A DNA stretch of 64,000 nucleotides from Syntrophales bacterium (GTDB taxonomy: Bacteria; Desulfobacterota; Syntrophia; Syntrophales; UBA2192). Location: the NCBI GenBank assembly GCA_035450185.1, contig DAOTMG010000003.1, positions 65,562 through 129,561 on the forward strand, given 5' to 3'. A program made the translations under genes and the position numbers. Under the pieces are notes generated by a model that saw only the letters and a list, made by a program, of their open reading frames with translations, was not told the DNA's origin and did not search any database. Shown here piece by piece: positions 60,550 to 64,000 of the stretch (position 1 is the stretch's first letter; each line of letters starts with the position of its first letter).

Positions 60550-62866
60550 ATTTGATACAGACCCTGCGGACCTGCTCGAAGTCCGTCTGGCCCTGCAGGA
60601 CCTTGAGGATGCCGTCCTGAAGGAGCGTGGTCATGCCGTCGGCGATGGCAATCTCGCGGATGACTTCGACGGTGTCGTGCTTCTGGATGAGCCGCTTGAT
60701 ATTATCCGTGGCGACGAGCAATTCATGGATGGCGGTCCTGCCCCGGTAACCCGTATTGTCGCATTCCCCGCAACCCTTCCCCCGGTAGAGTTTGAAATCG
60801 TCGTTGTAGGGGTAATTGAGCTTCGCGAAGTGTTCCGGCCCATAGGCGTCGACCAGCTCGTCGTACTGCTCCTTCGTGGGGTGATAACTTTCTTTGCAGT
60901 TGTTGCAGATGGTCCTGGCGAGCCTCTGTGCGAGGATTCCCAGGAGGGAGTCGGCGAAGTTCAAGGGGTCGATCCCCATGTCCAGAAGCCTCACGATGGT
61001 CTCGGGGGCGCTGTTGGTGTGGAGGGTCGACAGAACAAGGTGGCCCGTGAGGGAGGCCTCGATGCCGATCTTGGCCGTCTCGAAGTCCCGCATCTCGCCG
61101 ACCATGATCACGTCGGGGTCGGCCCGGAGGAAGGCCCTCATGGCCCGGGCGAAATCAAGACCGATTTTAGGGTTGACCTGGACCTGGCGGATACCGTTCT
61201 GGGTGATTTCAACGGGATCCTCGATGGTCCAGATCTTCAGGTCCGGCGTGTTGATGCGATGCAGGGCCGCGTGAAGGGTGGTGGTCTTTCCGGAACCCGT
61301 GGGCCCCACGCACAGGATGAGCCCGTAGGGCTTCGACAGGATGTTGACCATGTTGTCGAAATTGTAAGTTGAAAGCGCCATGTCCTCCAGGCGCATGATC
61401 TCCCCCTTGGCCAGGATCCGGAGGACCACGTCTTCCATGTTTCCCTGGGTGGGCAGTGTGGCCACGCGGAGCTCGATCTCCTGCCCGCCGGGGCGTTTGA
61501 ACTTGATCTTGCCGTCCTGGGGCAGGCGCCTTTCGGTGATGTCGAGGTTGGACATGATCTTGATCCTCGAGACGATGGCCGCGCGGTAGCTGTAGGGCAC
61601 CGTCTGGAAGAGCGAACAGTGGCCGTCGATGCGGTACCGGATCTCGACGTTCTTTTTCGCGTAGTTGGGTTCGATGTGGATGTCCGAGGCTCGCCTCGAC
61701 TGGGCGTCGTTGATGATTTTGTTCACCAGCTGCATGATGGCGCTGTCGGACTCGGATACGGCCTCCTCCTCTTCGTCCGCCACTTCTTCGACCGGCCCGA
61801 GACCGCTCAGGATGTCCTGGATCGAGGAGCCGGAGTCCTCCTGGATCTGGTAAAAGTGATTGATGTACTTGATGATGTCTTCCCGGAGGGCGACGCAGTA
61901 TTCGATGGACTTGGTCTTCAGGAGGTTCTGGATGATGTCCCGCTTGATGATGTTGTTGGGATCGTCGACGACGACGCGGATCTTGCCGTCGGTCCTCTCG
62001 AGAGGCACCCAGAGTTCCCTGCGGAGATAGTCCCGTTTCAGCTCCCGGAGGAGATCGTCGGGGATCGGCTGCTTGGAATTGAACTGGACGAACCGGCAGC
62101 GGTAGAAATCCTCCAGGGACCGGCCGATATCTTCCCTGGAGATTTTGTATTTGCTGAGCAGGATGCCTTCGACGGTGTCGCTCGATTTCCTCGCCTCGGT
62201 CCAGAGGTTTTCCAGATCCTGCGGCTTGATGAGATCGCGCTGGACGAGGTAGTCGAACCGGGTCCTGCGACGGGGCGCGGTGGCTTTCTGCTGGTTGTAG
62301 AAGGCGATGCCCAGAACCTCGGCGATTTCCTCGAGGAAGCTCTGGTCCTCGGCGTTGAATTTTCCCCCGCCTTTCTTGTTGACGAGCTGGACGACCCCCA
62401 TGAGGTTGTTCTCGTGATAGACGGGCACGGCGAGGACCTGGGTCGTGCGGTAGCCCGATTTCTTGTCCCAGCTTTCATCGAAGGTCAGGGACTTGTGGAT
62501 GGCCTTGAGCTCCTCCTTGTCGTAGGCGTCGGCGATGTTCACGGGCTTCCCGTTGGCGGCCGCGAATCCCGCAATGCTGGTGTTGCCGATCGGCACGCGG
62601 ATTTCCTTGAGCTGGGACCCCGCGAGGAAGTAGGTAAAAAGCTCGTTTTTCGGACGGTCCACCACAAAGATGGAGATCATGTAGGCATTGAAGAGGGCGA
62701 GGATCCCGTCCTTGAGATCGACGAGGATCTCCCGGATGTTCTGCGCGGCGTGGATGCGGTTGGTGATCTCGAGAAGGGACTTGCGAAGGGCGAGTTTCTC
62801 CGAGAGAAGCGAGATCTCTCTGAAGTCAAAACCGCCCGACGTTTTCTCCGTCTTTTCCGGGAACAT
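60548..62866 (-). CDS. GspE/PilB-family secretion ATPase with N-terminal GAF domain
   Basis: N-terminal GAF-like region (..VLAVPVYHENNLMGVVQLVN..), T2SSE N-domain, GPTGSGKTT Walker A, Asp/His boxes and a C-terminal tetra-Cys CNNC..CGEC. ATG 62866 (alternative TTG 62881). Confidence 0.85.
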   Translation of the reverse strand: MFPEKTEKTSGGFDFREISLLSEKLALRKSLLEITNRIHAAQNIREILVDLKDGILALFNAYMISIFVVDRPKNELFTYFLAGSQLKEIRVPIGNTSIAGFAAANGKPVNIADAYDKEELKAIHKSLTFDESWDKKSGYRTTQVLAVPVYHENNLMGVVQLVNKKGGGKFNAEDQSFLEEIAEVLGIAFYNQQKATAPRRRTRFDYLVQRDLIKPQDLENLWTEARKSSDTVEGILLSKYKISREDIGRSLEDFYRCRFVQFNSKQPIPDDLLRELKRDYLRRELWVPLERTDGKIRVVVDDPNNIIKRDIIQNLLKTKSIEYCVALREDIIKYINHFYQIQEDSGSSIQDILSGLGPVEEVADEEEEAVSESDSAIMQLVNKIINDAQSRRASDIHIEPNYAKKNVEIRYRIDGHCSLFQTVPYSYRAAIVSRIKIMSNLDITERRLPQDGKIKFKRPGGQEIELRVATLPTQGNMEDVVLRILAKGEIMRLEDMALSTYNFDNMVNILSKPYGLILCVGPTGSGKTTTLHAALHRINTPDLKIWTIEDPVEITQNGIRQVQVNPKIGLDFARAMRAFLRADPDVIMVGEMRDFETAKIGIEASLTGHLVLSTLHTNSAPETIVRLLDMGIDPLNFADSLLGILAQRLARTICNNCKESYHPTKEQYDELVDAYGPEHFAKLNYPYNDDFKLYRGKGCGECDNTGYRGRTAIHELLVATDNIKRLIQKHDTVEVIREIAIADGMTTLLQDGILKVLQGQTDFEQVRRVCIK

Positions 62867-63091
62867 TCTGTCCTGCAGCAACCCTGAATCTGGGCATGGC
62901 TGATCGCCCGGCTTTTTCTTCCGGGATCCGGGCGCAGTTTTCCCAACGGGTTCAGATAGTGTTTTTATTCATTATACATGCCAGACCGGCGGCACCCCAT
63001 GGAGAACAAGAAGGATCCGACCCATCCTTATACACACTATATCGGCAGGCGGAGCCCGATCGTTAGGACTTTTCCACGGGCTTTTTTTAGA

Positions 63092-63106
63092 GGCATGGTC
63101 TTTGCA
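63092..63106 (+). promoter_or_regulatory. Sigma54 (-24/-12) promoter candidate
   Basis: aGGCATGgtctTTGCA: GG 63092-93, GC 63104-05; 45 nt upstream of ATG 63151. Confidence 0.55.
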
Positions 63107-63150
63107 AAAAAAGCGGGCACTCCGGCCACATACCGCAAGGATCAGAGGCG

Positions 63151-63633
63151 ATGATCCGGGGTTCAGAAGTTCGGACACCCATCCACATCCTCTTTGTCTG
63201 CACGGCCGACATCTGCAGGAGCTTTCTCGTCGAGCGCATCCTCAAAAAGGTCCTCGAGGTCGAAAAAATTCATTCCATCGAGGTCTCCTCGGAGGGCCTG
63301 ACGGACATGGAAGGGGCCTCCGCGGATGTCGGGGCCGCGAGGCTTCCGCACGACAGGGGGATGGACGGCACAAAGCATCGATCGAGGCTACTGACCAAGA
63401 CCCCGGTGCGCCGGGCGGACGTTATCCTTGTCACGGAGGGGATCCACAGGGACGAGATCGCCAAAAGATATCCGGAAGCCGGGAAAAAGGTCCGCCTCCT
63501 CGGGACTTTCTCCGGCGGGGGAAAAAACGGCGACGCAAAAATTAAAGATTGTCATGGACTTACCGATTACCATTACAGGACCTGTTTCGCCGAGATTTAT
63601 CTCGCCCTGGATGGGTTGATTAAATGTATCTAA
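63151..63633 (+). CDS. Low-molecular-weight protein-tyrosine-phosphatase-like protein
   Basis: ILFVCTADICRSF (CX5R[ST] P-loop) near the N-terminus; 160 aa. The usual C-terminal DP(Y) acid-loop motif is replaced by KDCHG. Confidence 0.7.
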   Translation: MIRGSEVRTPIHILFVCTADICRSFLVERILKKVLEVEKIHSIEVSSEGLTDMEGASADVGAARLPHDRGMDGTKHRSRLLTKTPVRRADVILVTEGIHRDEIAKRYPEAGKKVRLLGTFSGGGKNGDAKIKDCHGLTDYHYRTCFAEIYLALDGLIKCI

Positions 63634-64000
63634 ATTACTGGGGATTCCAGGCATATCCCTACGAGATCTCGCCGGACCCGAAGTTCATCTTCTACTCGCG
63701 CGATCACGAAGAGGCCATGACGAGGCTCCTGTACGCGGTTTACCGCAAGAGGGGGGCGGCCCTTCTCACCGGTGAGATCGGCTGCGGGAAAACGACCCTC
63801 AGCCGGGCCCTCATCCAGCAGCTCCCGAAACAGAAGTACAACGTCGGCCTGATCGCCAACCCCAACCTGAACCCCACGGACTTCCTGAAGGAGACCCTTT
63901 ACCAGTTCGGGCTCAATCCCGGCACGGACTCCAAGGTGGATCTCCTCAACACGCTCGGGGAGATGATTCTGCAGGATTTCAGGAAAGGGGTGACGACGCT
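63624..64000 (+). CDS. ExeA/GspA-like AAA ATPase (secretion/EPS-locus associated), 3' end outside window
   Basis: Not in the ORF track (no stop within the window). ATG 63624: MYLNYWGFQAYPYEISPDPKFIFYSRDHEEAMTRL..LLTGEIGCGKTTL Walker A. Overlaps the preceding gene by 10 nt. Confidence 0.7.
   Translation, partial: MYLNYWGFQAYPYEISPDPKFIFYSRDHEEAMTRLLYAVYRKRGAALLTGEIGCGKTTLSRALIQQLPKQKYNVGLIANPNLNPTDFLKETLYQFGLNPGTDSKVDLLNTLGEMILQDFRKGVTT

Overview
GC-rich bacterial chromosomal window with about 60 protein-coding genes, one gene remnant, and no rRNA, tRNA, CRISPR array, transposase, integrase or prophage block. The gene content suggests an anaerobic Desulfobacterota/Syntrophia-like organism, but this is inference from content only. 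The supporting genes are a cimA-leuCDB citramalate operon, EtfAB + FixCX + acyl-CoA dehydrogenase, Cam-type carbonic anhydrase, six radical-SAM enzymes, -24/-12 promoter-like sites and UGA-Sec genes. Layout: 5'-truncated surface protein; cimA-leuC-leuD-leuB; Mla-like lipid-transport operon; sugar kinase; OsmC-like gene; radical SAM genes; ligase + exonuclease DNA-damage module; ABC-F; HesB-like gene; panE + B12-radical SAM; hybrid histidine kinase; PilZ; cytochrome b5 protein; coaE; cam; GGDEF-etfAB-acd-fixXC block; a PqqD/rSAM-SPASM/DUF512-rSAM/GT2 cluster; MFS, mobA, adh; paaK + ACT; PduO/MTAP operon; trxA-bamD; icd-acn; mutS; GAF-GspE ATPase and start of a sigma54-type secretion/EPS-like operon. 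Most noteworthy findings: (1) an orphan peptide-modification-like cluster (36.9-41.3 kb) with no recognisable precursor gene. (2) Two genes that only make sense if an in-frame TGA is read as selenocysteine (OsmC-like at 10857-11357, HesB/IscA-like at 20416-20736). (3) A 22-codon leader ORF with 10 Ile codons plus a terminator upstream of cimA. (4) An Mla-type operon whose ATPase subunit has lost all catalytic motifs. (5) A ~122-bp MITE-like element in two operon junctions. (6) Several families of 7-8-nt-periodic simple repeats confined to intergenic DNA, some next to a conserved 5'-leader box. All functional calls rest on my reading of the translated ORFs and on motif recognition; no database search was run.
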